NCBI RefSeq assembly: GCF_035348955.1 | Contig: NZ_DAOPRM010000002.1 | Length of the DNA stretch: 64,000 nucleotides | From: Ottowia sp. | GTDB lineage: Bacteria; Pseudomonadota; Gammaproteobacteria; Burkholderiales; Burkholderiaceae_C | Reading direction: 5' to 3' (one strand) | In this document: positions 10,687 to 21,316 of the stretch, piece after piece | Layout of the letters: every line of letters begins with the position of its first letter | How positions within the stretch are numbered: position 1 is the stretch's first letter | Notes under the pieces: model-generated | Told to the model about the DNA's origin: nothing | Seen by the model: the letters and a program-made list of their open reading frames with translations, nothing else | Database searches by the model: none | Made by a program: the position numbers and the translations under genes

Positions 10687-10857
10687 ATGAACACGAAGAC
10701 TTGGATGTGCCTCATCTGCGGCTGGCTTTACGACGAAACCGCGGGCGCACCCGACCATGGTATCGCGCCTGGTACACCCTGGGAGCAGGTGCCCATGAAC
10801 TGGACTTGCCCGGAATGCGGGGCGCGCAAGGAAGATTTTGAAATGGTGCAGATCTGA
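10687..10857 (+). CDS. Rubredoxin
   Basis: CLICGWLYDE..PGTPW..VP.NWTCPECG..KEDF. Confidence 0.93.
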   Translation: MNTKTWMCLICGWLYDETAGAPDHGIAPGTPWEQVPMNWTCPECGARKEDFEMVQI

Positions 10858-10929
10858 TCCCGCGCGCGGGGCGGCTCTGTGGTGGTGTAAGGGGCCGTGC
10901 GCGGCCCGGATGAAGAGCGGCGAGGGGAC

Positions 10930-11316
10930 ATGGCATCAAAGCGAGTGCTCGTCATAGACGACAGCAACACCATTCGGCGCAGCGCCGAGATATTTCTCAA
11001 GCAAGGCGGCCACGAAGTGATGCTGGCCGAGGACGGCTTCGACGCGCTGGCCAAGGTCAACGACAGCCAGCCCGACCTGATCTTCTGCGACATCCTGATG
11101 CCGCGCCTGGACGGCTACCAGACCTGCGCCATCATCAAGCGCAACGAAAAGTTCGCCTCCACCCCGGTGGTCATGCTGTCGTCCAAGGACGGCGTGTTCG
11201 ACAAGGCGCGCGGCCGCATGGTCGGTTCGCAGGAATACCTGACCAAGCCATTCACCAAGAACCAGTTGCTGCAGGCGGTGCAGCAGTTTGGCACTGCCAA
11301 CGAAGGAGCCCTGTAA
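10930..11316 (+). CDS. pilG: Twitching-motility response regulator PilG
   Basis: VLVIDDSNTIRRSAE, MPRLDGYQTCAIIK, LSSKDGVFDKARGR. Confidence 0.92.
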   Translation: MASKRVLVIDDSNTIRRSAEIFLKQGGHEVMLAEDGFDALAKVNDSQPDLIFCDILMPRLDGYQTCAIIKRNEKFASTPVVMLSSKDGVFDKARGRMVGSQEYLTKPFTKNQLLQAVQQFGTANEGAL

Positions 11317-11681
11317 TGCCGATCCGCAACGTGCTGGTCGTGGACGATTCGAAGACCGAGCTGATGTATCTCAGCGACATGCTGAAGAGGGCAGGTTACG
11401 CGGTGGCAACGGCCGAGAGCGGCGACGATGCGCTGCGCCGCCTGGAGCAGCTCAAGCCCGATTTGATTTTGATGGACGTGGTCATGCCGGGGCAAAACGG
11501 CTTTCAGCTGACGCGGGGCATCTTGCGCGACCCGCGCTACGCCGACTTGCCAATCATCATGTGCACCAGCAAAAATCAGGAGACCGACCGCGTGTGGGGC
11601 CTGCGCCAGGGCGCGCGCGACTACATCACCAAGCCGGTGGACCAGGCCGAGCTGATCGGCAAGATCAAGGCGCTGGGCTGA
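11316..11681 (+). CDS. pilH: Response regulator PilH
   Basis: Single REC domain, MDVVMPGQNGFQLTR, ETDRVWG; TAATG overlap with pilG. Confidence 0.9.
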   Translation: MPIRNVLVVDDSKTELMYLSDMLKRAGYAVATAESGDDALRRLEQLKPDLILMDVVMPGQNGFQLTRGILRDPRYADLPIIMCTSKNQETDRVWGLRQGARDYITKPVDQAELIGKIKALG

Positions 11682-11687
11682 CCGCGC

Positions 11688-12221
11688 ATGGCGACCAAGC
11701 AAGCCCTGCGCGAATTTCAGACCCGGCTGGCCGAGCGCTTGCAGTCGGCGCGCACCACCGGTGTGACGGCCTCGTGGCTCGCGGTGGAAGCGCGCACGGC
11801 GCGCCTGCTGTTTCCGCTCAGCCATGCGGGCGAGATCTTCTCCTGGACCGACGTGCAGCGCGTGCCCTATGTGCAGCCCTGGTTCATGGGCGTGGCCAAC
11901 CTGCGCGGCGCATTGTCGGCCGTGATCGACTTGGCAGCCTTCATGGGCGTGGCCGGCGCCGACCGCGCACGCAATGACGGCGAAAGCTCTCAATGCCGCC
12001 TGGTGGCGCTCAATCCGATGCTTGAAGCCAACTGCGCCTTGCTGGTTGATCGCCTGCTCGGGCTGCGTACCCCCGATTCGTTCACTTCATCGGCGCCGGC
12101 CGACGCCGCCGCGCCGTCCTACTTCAGCCACCGCTACACCGATGCCGAAGGTCGGCAGTGGCAGGAACTTAACCTCCAGGCTCTTTCCCAGCACCCGTCA
12201 TTCCTGGGCATCGGTGCTTAA
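11688..12221 (+). CDS. pilI: CheW-like adaptor PilI
   Basis: VPYVQPWFMGVANLRG..VIDL; position in operon. Confidence 0.85.
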   Translation: MATKQALREFQTRLAERLQSARTTGVTASWLAVEARTARLLFPLSHAGEIFSWTDVQRVPYVQPWFMGVANLRGALSAVIDLAAFMGVAGADRARNDGESSQCRLVALNPMLEANCALLVDRLLGLRTPDSFTSSAPADAAAPSYFSHRYTDAEGRQWQELNLQALSQHPSFLGIGA

Positions 12222-12244
12222 GCAGGTTTCTCAAGGTTTGCAAC

Positions 12245-14494
12245 ATGGCCATTTCCGATATGTTCAAAAAGACGCCGCAGACACCCGCCGCCGACGAAGG
12301 CAAGGCGCTGCTTTCCGCCGAGCTGGCCGATGCGCCGCCTTCCCTTGACGGCCATGAGCCGCCCATGGCCAGCGAGAACACCGCCCTGGCACCGAGCGTC
12401 GACGTGCCGGAAGTGCCCGCGCTGCCACCCGGAGACGTTTTCGCGGTGCCGCTGCTGGGCTTGCGCACGGCGGCGGCGCATCAGCGGCTGCTTTCCATGC
12501 TGCTGGCGCTGGCGTTGGTGGTGCTGGCCGTGATGGTGTTTCTCACCGTGTATCAAACCGGCAAGGGATCGCAACAGGTGGCGGCGGTGGGTCAGTCGTT
12601 GATGCAGTCGCAGCGTCTGGCCAAATCGGTGTCCCAGGCGCTGATCGGCAACGCCGAAGCCTTTCCTGAACTGAAGGAAAGCGCGGCCGCGCTGTCGGGC
12701 AACGTGCATGGCCTGCAGTCCGGCAGCCCCAGCGTGCCGGCGCTCGGCGACGCCTACAGCGCCGAGCTCGGCAAGATCCTGCCGCTGATTGACCGCGCCG
12801 ACCAGAATGCCGCCATCGTGATGGGGCAGCAGAAGACGCTGACCCAGGTGGGGGCTGCCTTGCGCTCGGTCAGCCGCCAGTCGTCCGACCTGCTGGAGCT
12901 GGCCGAAACCGTGTCGTCGCTCAAGCTGCAGCAGAACGCGCCGGCGTCCGAGATTTCCGCCGCCGGCCAGCTGGTGATGCTGACCCAGCGCATCGGCAAA
13001 TCGGCCAACGAATTCCTGACCATGGAAGGCGTGAGTCCCGAGGCGGTGTTTCTGCTGGGCAAGGACTTGAACTCCTTCAAGGAGGTGGCTCAGGGCTTGC
13101 TGGAAGGCAGCCAGGAGTTGCGCCTGGCGCCGGTGCGCGATGAGCAGACCCGCGAGCGGCTGAACGACCTCATGAAGATGTACGAGCAAACGCGTGCGCA
13201 GGCCAGTGGCATTCTGGGCAACCTGCAGGGCCTGGTGTCCGCGCGCGAGGCGCAGACCGTGATCGTGTCCGACAGCGAACCGTTGCGCAAGGAACTCGAA
13301 GCGCTGCAGGACCGGCTGGCAGGGGTATCGGGCCTGGGCTTCACCGGCCTGCTGATGCTGCTGGTGCCCGCGGCTCTGGCGCTGCTGGCGGCCGCTGGCC
13401 TGGCGTACGTGCAACTGCGTGAAAGCCGCCAGCGCCAGCAACTGGCCGAACAGCAGCGCCACGCGGCCGAATTGCAGCAGCAGGAGGGCAAGCGCGTCAA
13501 CGACGCCAACCAAGCGGCGATTCTGCGGCTGATGAACGAACTGCAGACGGTGGCCGAGGGCGACCTGACACAAGAAGCCACGGTGACCGAAGACATCACC
13601 GGCGCCATCGCCGACTCGGTGAACTACACCGTCGAGGAACTGCGCTCGCTGGTGGGCAACGTGCAGAGCACGGCCACGCGGGTCGCGCAGACCACCTCGA
13701 AGGTGGAAACCACGTCCACCGAACTGCTGGCCACGTCCACCGAGCAGCTGCGCGAAATCCGCGAAACCGGCCAGTCGGTGCTGGACATGGCCGCGCGCAT
13801 CAACGACGTGTCGGCGCAGGCGCAGGAATCGGCATCGGTGGCGCGGCAGTCGCGCGAAGCCGCCGAAACCGGCTTGGCCGCCGTGCAGAACGCCATCGGC
13901 GGCATGAACGCGATTCGCGACCAGATTCAGGAAACGTCCAAGCGCATCAAGCGCCTGGGCGAATCGTCGCAGGAGATCGGCGAAATCACCGAGCTGATTG
14001 CCGACATTACCGAACAGACCAACGTGCTGGCCCTCAACGCCGCCATCCAGGCCGCGTCCGCCGGTGAAGCCGGGCGCGGCTTCTCGGTGGTGGCCGAGGA
14101 AGTGCAGCGGCTGGCAGAGCGCTCGGGCGACGCCACGCGCCAGATCGCGGCGCTGGTCAAAGCCATTCAAACCGACACCCAGGGCGCCGTGGCCGCCATG
14201 GAGCGCTCGACGCAGGGCGTGGTCGAAGGCGCACGCCTGTCCGACCACGCGGGCACCGCGCTGTCCGAGATCGACCGCGTGTCGCGCCGCCTGGCCGAAC
14301 TGATTGAGCAGATTTCCGCCTCGGCGTCCAAGGAAGCCGATCAGGCCAACGAAGTGGCCGGCAACATTCAGCACATCTTCGCCGTGACCGAGCAGACCGG
14401 CGAGAGCACACGCTCGACCGCCAACCAGGTGCGCGATCTGGCGCGCATGGCCGATGAACTGCGGCAGTCGGTGGCCCGCTTCAAGATCGCCTGA
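12245..14494 (+). CDS. pilJ: Methyl-accepting chemoreceptor PilJ
   Basis: Two TM segments; NQAAILRLMNE; EQTNVLALNAAIQAASAGEAGRGF hairpin tip. Confidence 0.93.
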   Translation: MAISDMFKKTPQTPAADEGKALLSAELADAPPSLDGHEPPMASENTALAPSVDVPEVPALPPGDVFAVPLLGLRTAAAHQRLLSMLLALALVVLAVMVFLTVYQTGKGSQQVAAVGQSLMQSQRLAKSVSQALIGNAEAFPELKESAAALSGNVHGLQSGSPSVPALGDAYSAELGKILPLIDRADQNAAIVMGQQKTLTQVGAALRSVSRQSSDLLELAETVSSLKLQQNAPASEISAAGQLVMLTQRIGKSANEFLTMEGVSPEAVFLLGKDLNSFKEVAQGLLEGSQELRLAPVRDEQTRERLNDLMKMYEQTRAQASGILGNLQGLVSAREAQTVIVSDSEPLRKELEALQDRLAGVSGLGFTGLLMLLVPAALALLAAAGLAYVQLRESRQRQQLAEQQRHAAELQQQEGKRVNDANQAAILRLMNELQTVAEGDLTQEATVTEDITGAIADSVNYTVEELRSLVGNVQSTATRVAQTTSKVETTSTELLATSTEQLREIRETGQSVLDMAARINDVSAQAQESASVARQSREAAETGLAAVQNAIGGMNAIRDQIQETSKRIKRLGESSQEIGEITELIADITEQTNVLALNAAIQAASAGEAGRGFSVVAEEVQRLAERSGDATRQIAALVKAIQTDTQGAVAAMERSTQGVVEGARLSDHAGTALSEIDRVSRRLAELIEQISASASKEADQANEVAGNIQHIFAVTEQTGESTRSTANQVRDLARMADELRQSVARFKIA

Positions 14495-14559
14495 ACCGCC
14501 GATGAGCGCGGTGCCGGCGGCGTGCTGCCACGGCCTGCCTTTCGAGCATCGCTTCCGGA

Positions 14560-17500
14560 GTGCATGAAGTCATGGTGACGAGTTCCCCCGCCGATAGCCG
14601 CGCAGACGGCGCGCCCGCCACCGACCTGGGGCCGTTGGCCTGGGTGCTGGACGAGACGCGCAAGTCGATCGAATCGGCCAGCAAATCCATCAAGCGCTTC
14701 GCGCGCGACGCCCAGGAGGCGCGCGGCGTCGACCTGGCTTCCATCGACGCCAGCCAGTTGCGCGCGGCGCGGCAGCAATTGCACCAAGTCGTGGGCGCAC
14801 TCGAAATGGTGGGGCAATCGACCGCCGCCCAGTTGGTGCGCGGCATGGAAGGCGCGGCGCAGCGCTTTGTGGCGCACCCCGAACAATGCACCACCGACGC
14901 GGCGCATGTGCTGGAGCGCGCGGGTTTTGCGCTGGTCGAATACCTCGATTCGCAACTGGGTGAGCGGGCGCGTTCTGCGCTCGGCATGTTCCCCCAGTTC
15001 CGGCAGGTGCAGGAACTGGCGGGGGTGGACCGCATCCACCCCGCCGACCTGTGGACCGTGCCCTGGCGCTGGATCGACCCGATGTCGCCTGGCGCGACGC
15101 AGCCGCTGGTCTACGGCCCCGACGTGCGCAGCCGCCTGGACCAGCGCCTGCTCAAGTTCATGCAGCACGGCGACCGCAACGCGGCGTCCGAAATCGGCGT
15201 CATCAGCCTGGGGCTGGCGCAGGGCGAGCCCGCGCGCCAGCCCGCCATTTTCTGGAAGCTGTCCGCGGGTTTCTTCGAGGCGTTGAGCCAGTCGCTGATT
15301 CCGGTCGATCTGTATGCCAAGCGGGCCGCGTCGCGCGTGCTGCTGCAGTTCGCCTCGCTGGCGCGGGGCGACGCCGGCATTTCAGAGCGGCTGGCGCACG
15401 ACCTGCTGTTCTTCTGCGGGCAGGCCCAACCCGCGCCGGACCAGGCGGCACCGGCGCTGATGGCCGTGCGCAGGGCGTGGTCGCTCGATCGCCAGCCGGC
15501 CACGCGATACGACCAGTCCACCTTTGGTCTCTACGATCCGTCCTTGCTCATGCAGGCGCGGCGTCGCATCGACCAGGTCAAGGAAAGCTGGTCCGCCCTG
15601 GCGGGGGGTGATCTGGCCCGCGTCAAAGCGTGCGTTGACCAGTTCGCGCTGGTGGCGGAATCGCTCGAAAAGTTGCACGAACAGGGCCGGCCGCTGGGTG
15701 CCGTGCTCAATGCGGCGGCGCAGCAGACCGCGCAGTCCGGCCAGCCGCCCCCTCCCGAACTGGCGATGGAAATGGCGACTGCCGTGCTGTTTCTCGAAGC
15801 ATCATTTGCGGACTTTCGACCCGGCGACCAGGCCTTTGCCACCCGCATGCACCAGCTGGCCGAGCGCCTTGATGCCGTGCGCGCTGGCGGCATGGCGCCA
15901 CCGCTCGAATCGTGGATGGAAGAGCTGTACCGCCGTGTCAGCGACCGCCAGACCATGGGCACCGTGGTCGGCGAGCTGCGTGTCACGCTGAGTCAGGTCG
16001 AGCAGCACCTGGACCAGTTCTTCCGCCAGCCGGCCGACCGCAACCTGCTGGCGCCCGTGCCCGGCCTCATGGCACAGATGCGCGGCGTTTTGTCGGTGCT
16101 GGGTCTGGATCAGGCGGCCACCGCCGTCGGGCACATGCGCGACGTGGTCGGCGAATGGCTGCTGGCCGACACCGATCTTGACCAGGCAAAGGGCGCTGGC
16201 GCGTTCGAGCGCGTGGGCAACAGCCTGGGCGCGCTGGGCTTTCAGATCGACATGCTCGCCTACCAGCCGTTGCTGGCGCGCAAGCTGTTCGTGTACGACG
16301 CTGACTCGGGTGAGCTGCGGCACGTGTCTGGCCGCATGGGTGCGTCTGTGGCGACGGCCGCGGCCATCGACGTGGGCACGGTCGACATGGTGCTGGACAT
16401 CGATCCGGGGGCGCTTGTGCCCGCGCCATCGGGCGCGCTGCCGGCAGGCACCGCATCGCCCCAGGCCTTCATGGGCCAGCTCGACCAGATCGCCACCATG
16501 GCGGCGCTGGACGAAAAGCTGGCACTGGCCCAGGTCGCGCAACGCGCGGCCGAAGCCGCGCGCGTGCATGACCAGGCCGAGCTGACGGGCGCGCTGCAGG
16601 CGCTGCAAGCCCCCACCGTGGTGCCGGCGTTTGAGCCCGGCGCGGCCACCGCAGCAGGCAACGACGATTTGCACGACGACGACCTGCTCGGCATCTTTCT
16701 GGAAGAAGCGCGCGAAGTCGTGCACGCCGGCAGCGAAGCGGTCGACGCGCTGGGGCTGGAGCCCGGCGACCTGGCGCAACAAACCGCGTTGCGCCGCGCC
16801 TTTCACACGCTCAAGGGCAGCTCGCGCATGGTCGGGCTGGCAGAGTTCGGCGAGGCTGCCTGGTCGATGGAGCGGCTGATGAACGCCTGGCTGGCCGAAC
16901 AAAAGCCCGTGACCGAGGAAGTCCGTTCGCTCGCGAGCGACGCCTTGTTCGGCTTAGGCGCGTGGGTGGAACACATCGCCAACCAGAGCGGAGACGAATG
17001 GCGCAGTGCGCCGTTCGCGGCCGCGGCCGACGCCCTGCGACTGCAAGGTCGTCGCGTGCCGCTGAACTGGGGCCCGGCCGATATCGGTGCAGGCGCGCTT
17101 GACTCCGTGACGGCCACGCCAGCGCCAGCCGGCACCCATGACAGCGCCGCAGCCCCCCAGCCGCTGACGTCGTTCGAGCTGCCCGACCTCGATCTGGCGG
17201 ACACCGAGTCGACCATTGCGACCGTGCTGGACGACGCCCTGGTGGCCACTGTGCCGGACGCATTGCCCGTCGCGCCGGCGATTGAAATGTTCGAGCTGGA
17301 TCTGTCCGCCGACGATGCCGAGACGCCCGCCTTGGCGCCGTTGCCGCCGGTGTGGGAGCGTGGCACCGTCGACATCGACAGCAACGCGGCGGCGTCGCCG
17401 CGGCCTTGGGCGCTAGACGCGTTGCCGGCCACCCCCGATGCGGCCGTCGAAGCCATCGAGCTCGACGCCGATGCCGCGGCGCTGCTCGATTTCCCCAGTC

Positions 17501-20500
17501 TTGAACTGGTGCCAGCACCACCGATGGCGGCGGCCGCACCAGAGGCTGGGCCTGTCGTCCCCGCGCCGCCCGCGGCTCGATACGGCGACGACCTGAGCGC
17601 GCTTGGCACGGCGGCTGACAGCGCCGTGGCTGCATCCGCGGAACCGCTGGCCGCCGCAATGCCGCCCGCATCCGAAGCCGTTGCCGCTGACGATGCGGAG
17701 GGGCCGAGCGACGACGATCTGTACCGTCAGGTCGGCGAATTGCGCATCAGCACGCCGCTCTACAACGTCTACCTGAACGAAGCCGACGAGTGGTCGCGCC
17801 AGTTGATCACCGAATTGTCCGAATGGGCACTGGAGCTGGACCAGCCGGTGCCCGAACGCGCCATCGCCCGCGCGCATTCGCTGGCCGGCAGTTCGGCCAC
17901 CGTGGGTTTTGCTGCGCTGTCCGAACTGGCGCGCTCGGTCGAGCATGCCCTGCAGCGACTGCACGGCCAGCCCCGGGGCACGGCAGAGCAGGCGCGGGTG
18001 CTGCGCGACGCCGCTGAGGACATTCGTCGCGTGCTCCATCAATTCGCCGCCGGCATGCTGAAGGCGCCCAGTCCGGACATTCAGGCCGCGGTGCATGCGC
18101 TGGAGCCGACCGCGCCGTCCGCCGCCCCAGACGCCGCGTCGCCGCAGGCGGCCACCACCGCCACGCTCGACATGGGGCCGTCCGCGCCCCTGCCGGCCAG
18201 CCCCGCCATGGCGGCGGTGGTCAGGGCGGTCGATCCGTTGCCCCGCGCCCGCTCGATCGACGAGGACATCGACGTCGTCGACGCGGTCGACCCTGACCTG
18301 TTTCCCATCTTCGAGGAAGAGGCCGAGGAGCTGCTGCCGCAACTGGGCACTGCGCTGCGCCAATGGGTGGCGCACCCGGACGACCGCGACGCGCGCGGAC
18401 AGGTGCTGCGGGTGTTGCACACCTTGAAGGGCAGCGCGCGCCTGGCCGGCGCGCTGCGCCTGGGTGAGATGGCGCACCGCACCGAATCCGAAATCGAAGC
18501 CATCGGCAGCGACCACCTTGGCTCGGCCCAGGTGGCGCCGCTGCTCGACCATCTGGACGAGCTTGAATGGGGCCTGCGCCGCCTGCAGCCGACCAGTGGC
18601 GCGTCGCTGGTGGCTTCGGCCGCGCCCGCCGTCGTGGTCGCGCCCGCCGTGCTTGCCGCACCCGCACCCGCACCGACGCAAACCGAGCCGCCCGCCGCAG
18701 CCGCGGCTGCGGATATCGGCACGGACGGCAGCGCCGCTGGTATGCGCGCGCCCGTGGCCCTGCCGGCCCCGTTGGTGCTGACCTCGGCGCGCGTGGCCGC
18801 CAGCCAGGCGGTGCGCGTGCGTTCGCAGTTGCTCGACCGTCTGGTGTCGCAGGCGGGCGAGGTGGTCACCTCGCGCGCTCGGCTTGAGGCTGAAATGGGG
18901 CAACTGCGCGGTTCGCTGGGCGATCTCACCGGCAACCTGGAGCGGTTGCGCGGCCAGCTGCGCGACGTCGAACTGCAGGCCGAAACCCAGATGCAATCGC
19001 GGCTGGCCCTGAGCAAGGACACGCAGCAGGGCTTCGACCCGCTGGAGTTCGACCGCTTCACCCGCATGCAAGAGCTGACCCGCATGATGGCCGAGTCGGT
19101 CAACGACGTGGCCACCGTGCAGCGCAGCCTGCAGCGCGCCGTCGAAGCCAGCGAAGACGACCTGGCCGCCCAGGCGCGCCAGTCGCGCGAATTGCAGCGT
19201 GATTTGCTGCGCACGCGCATGGTCGAATTCGAAGGGCTGTCCGAGCGTCTCTATCGTGTGGTGCGCTACGTGTCGAAGGAAACCGGCAAGCAGGTTCGGC
19301 TGGACATCGTCGGCGGCAGCATCGAAATGGACCGCGGCATCCTCGAGCGCATGGTGCCGGCCTTCGAGCATCTGCTGCGCAATTGCGTCGTGCATGGCAT
19401 CGAGTCGCAGGCGGCGCGCGCGGCCAGCGGCAAGGACGCCGTCGGCCACATCCAGATCGAGGTACAGCAGGCCGGCAACGACGTCTCGGTCGAATTCCGC
19501 GACGACGGCGCCGGACTGAATTTGACGCGCATCCGCGAGCGCGCCCTGCAGTTGGGCTTGATGCGGGCGGGCCAACCGCTGACCGACGCCGAGGCAGCCA
19601 ACCTGGTGTTCTCGCCCGGCTTTTCCACCGCCACCGAAGTCACCGAACTGGCTGGCCGTGGCGTCGGCATGGACGTGGTGCGCAGCGAGGTGCAGGCGCT
19701 TGGCGGCCGCATCGAAACGCAGACCCGTGCCGGGCAAGGCACCCGCTTTCGCCTGGTGCTGCCGCTGACCACCGCGGTCACGCACGTGGTCATGCTGCGC
19801 GCTGGCGTGCTGGCCGTGGGCGTGCCGTCCAACCTGGTCGAAATCGTGCAGCGCGCCAGCAGCGCCGACCTGCAGCGGGCCTACGCCAACGGCACCTACC
19901 CGCATGGCGGCGAGCAACTGCCATTCTTCTGGGCCGGTGCGCTGCTGCAAAGTTCGCCGCGCAGCGTGGAGCCGCCCGGCCGCACCACGCCCGTGGTCAT
20001 CTTCCGCTCGGCCGACCAGCGTGTGGCGGTGCACGTCGACGAAGTGCTGGGCAACCAGGAAGTGGTGGTGAAATCGCTGGGGCCGCAACTGTCGCGCTTG
20101 CCGGGCCTGGTGGCCATCACGGCGCTGGCGTCCGGCGCGGTGGCGCTCATCTACAACCCCGTGGTGCTGGCCGGCGTGTATGGCGACCAGGCCCGCGCGC
20201 TCGGTGCGCGCGCGCCGGCCGAGGCGCAGGCGGGCGGCGCGCCCGCGGGCGCACCCGCCGCGCCGGCGCCGATTGGCGCGCACTCCGATATTCCGCTGGT
20301 GCTGGTGGTCGACGATTCCATTACCGTGCGTCGCGTCACGCAGCGCCTGCTGCAGCGCGAGGGTTACCGCGTGGCACTGGCCGCCGACGGCTTGCAGGGG
20401 CTTGAAAAGCTGCAGGGCGAGCGGCCCGCCGTGGTGCTGTCCGACATCGAAATGCCGCGCATGGACGGTTTCGACTTCGTGCGCAATATTCGCGCCGACG

Positions 20501-20676
20501 GCCAGTTGCACGACCTGCCGGTCATCATGATCACCTCGCGCATCGCCGAAAAGCACCGCGAGCACGCGCGCGAGCTGGGCGTTGACCACTATCTGGGCAA
20601 GCCCTACGCCGAAGACGAACTGTTGGGCCTGATCAAGCGTTACGCGCGCACCGCCAAGGCGCGCGCGAGCGCCTGA
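14560..20676 (+). CDS. chpA: Hybrid CheA-like kinase ChpA/PilL (multiple Hpt, HATPase, CheW, REC)
   Basis: RAFHTLKGS, AHSLAGS, LHTLKGS Hpt motifs; FDPLEFDRF; PGFSTA..GRGVGMDVV; C-terminal REC. Start may be ATG 14572. Confidence 0.93.
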   Translation: MHEVMVTSSPADSRADGAPATDLGPLAWVLDETRKSIESASKSIKRFARDAQEARGVDLASIDASQLRAARQQLHQVVGALEMVGQSTAAQLVRGMEGAAQRFVAHPEQCTTDAAHVLERAGFALVEYLDSQLGERARSALGMFPQFRQVQELAGVDRIHPADLWTVPWRWIDPMSPGATQPLVYGPDVRSRLDQRLLKFMQHGDRNAASEIGVISLGLAQGEPARQPAIFWKLSAGFFEALSQSLIPVDLYAKRAASRVLLQFASLARGDAGISERLAHDLLFFCGQAQPAPDQAAPALMAVRRAWSLDRQPATRYDQSTFGLYDPSLLMQARRRIDQVKESWSALAGGDLARVKACVDQFALVAESLEKLHEQGRPLGAVLNAAAQQTAQSGQPPPPELAMEMATAVLFLEASFADFRPGDQAFATRMHQLAERLDAVRAGGMAPPLESWMEELYRRVSDRQTMGTVVGELRVTLSQVEQHLDQFFRQPADRNLLAPVPGLMAQMRGVLSVLGLDQAATAVGHMRDVVGEWLLADTDLDQAKGAGAFERVGNSLGALGFQIDMLAYQPLLARKLFVYDADSGELRHVSGRMGASVATAAAIDVGTVDMVLDIDPGALVPAPSGALPAGTASPQAFMGQLDQIATMAALDEKLALAQVAQRAAEAARVHDQAELTGALQALQAPTVVPAFEPGAATAAGNDDLHDDDLLGIFLEEAREVVHAGSEAVDALGLEPGDLAQQTALRRAFHTLKGSSRMVGLAEFGEAAWSMERLMNAWLAEQKPVTEEVRSLASDALFGLGAWVEHIANQSGDEWRSAPFAAAADALRLQGRRVPLNWGPADIGAGALDSVTATPAPAGTHDSAAAPQPLTSFELPDLDLADTESTIATVLDDALVATVPDALPVAPAIEMFELDLSADDAETPALAPLPPVWERGTVDIDSNAAASPRPWALDALPATPDAAVEAIELDADAAALLDFPSLELVPAPPMAAAAPEAGPVVPAPPAARYGDDLSALGTAADSAVAASAEPLAAAMPPASEAVAADDAEGPSDDDLYRQVGELRISTPLYNVYLNEADEWSRQLITELSEWALELDQPVPERAIARAHSLAGSSATVGFAALSELARSVEHALQRLHGQPRGTAEQARVLRDAAEDIRRVLHQFAAGMLKAPSPDIQAAVHALEPTAPSAAPDAASPQAATTATLDMGPSAPLPASPAMAAVVRAVDPLPRARSIDEDIDVVDAVDPDLFPIFEEEAEELLPQLGTALRQWVAHPDDRDARGQVLRVLHTLKGSARLAGALRLGEMAHRTESEIEAIGSDHLGSAQVAPLLDHLDELEWGLRRLQPTSGASLVASAAPAVVVAPAVLAAPAPAPTQTEPPAAAAAADIGTDGSAAGMRAPVALPAPLVLTSARVAASQAVRVRSQLLDRLVSQAGEVVTSRARLEAEMGQLRGSLGDLTGNLERLRGQLRDVELQAETQMQSRLALSKDTQQGFDPLEFDRFTRMQELTRMMAESVNDVATVQRSLQRAVEASEDDLAAQARQSRELQRDLLRTRMVEFEGLSERLYRVVRYVSKETGKQVRLDIVGGSIEMDRGILERMVPAFEHLLRNCVVHGIESQAARAASGKDAVGHIQIEVQQAGNDVSVEFRDDGAGLNLTRIRERALQLGLMRAGQPLTDAEAANLVFSPGFSTATEVTELAGRGVGMDVVRSEVQALGGRIETQTRAGQGTRFRLVLPLTTAVTHVVMLRAGVLAVGVPSNLVEIVQRASSADLQRAYANGTYPHGGEQLPFFWAGALLQSSPRSVEPPGRTTPVVIFRSADQRVAVHVDEVLGNQEVVVKSLGPQLSRLPGLVAITALASGAVALIYNPVVLAGVYGDQARALGARAPAEAQAGGAPAGAPAAPAPIGAHSDIPLVLVVDDSITVRRVTQRLLQREGYRVALAADGLQGLEKLQGERPAVVLSDIEMPRMDGFDFVRNIRADGQLHDLPVIMITSRIAEKHREHARELGVDHYLGKPYAEDELLGLIKRYARTAKARASA

Positions 20677-20716
20677 CGCGGCGGCGCCAGCGGTGGTGGC
20701 CCGGTAAAATCGGGCC

Positions 20717-21316
20717 ATGTCCGATGACGCGCAGCCGATCAACCTGACGAACCATTTCCTGATCGCCATGCCCGGCATGGAAGATGGCACCTTCACCCGC
20801 AGCGTGGTCTACATTTGCGAGCACAGCGACCGCGGCGCGCTCGGCCTGATCATCAACAAGCCAGGCGGCATCAGCTTGGCAGACCTGTTCGAGCGGGTTG
20901 ATCTGCCACTGGCGCGTCCCGACCTGGGCGAACAGCCGGTGTTCCATGGCGGCCCGCTGCAGACCGAGCGCGGTTTCGTGCTGCACGACCCGATCCTGGC
21001 CGAAGGCCTGCCGACCGACCAGTCCATCTACGCATCGACCCTGACGGTGCCGGGCGGGCTGGAAATGACCACCTCGCGCGACGTGCTGGAGGCCATGTCC
21101 TCCGGTGGCGGCCCGCGGCGCGTGCTGATCACGCTGGGCTATTCGTCCTGGGGCGAAGGGCAGTTGGAGTCGGAAATCGCGCGCAACAGCTGGCTCACGG
21201 TGGACGCCAATGCCGACCTCGTCTTCGATGCGCCGGTCGAGCAGCGCTACGACCAGGCGCTGCGGTTGCTCGGGCTCGAATCCTGGATGCTGTCGCCCGA
21301 CATAGGGCACGCCTGA
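20717..21316 (+). CDS. yqgE: YqgE/AlgH family protein
   Basis: HFLIAMP, SVVYICEH, GGP...ERGFVLH, LGYSSW..GQLE.E. Confidence 0.93.
   Translation: MSDDAQPINLTNHFLIAMPGMEDGTFTRSVVYICEHSDRGALGLIINKPGGISLADLFERVDLPLARPDLGEQPVFHGGPLQTERGFVLHDPILAEGLPTDQSIYASTLTVPGGLEMTTSRDVLEAMSSGGGPRRVLITLGYSSWGEGQLESEIARNSWLTVDANADLVFDAPVEQRYDQALRLLGLESWMLSPDIGHA

Noticed and set aside
10930-20676. Pil-Chp operon lacking pilK/chpB (CheR/CheB) as a novelty
   Set aside because: Reduced pilGHIJ-chpA operons are common in betaproteobacteria.
17413-20796. 1127-aa minus-strand ORF and other long antisense ORFs (e.g. 463-1470, 5873-7831, 12218-14374, 41034-43373, 44963-47491)
   Set aside because: Shadow frames opposite well-supported genes in GC-rich DNA, with no recognisable motifs.
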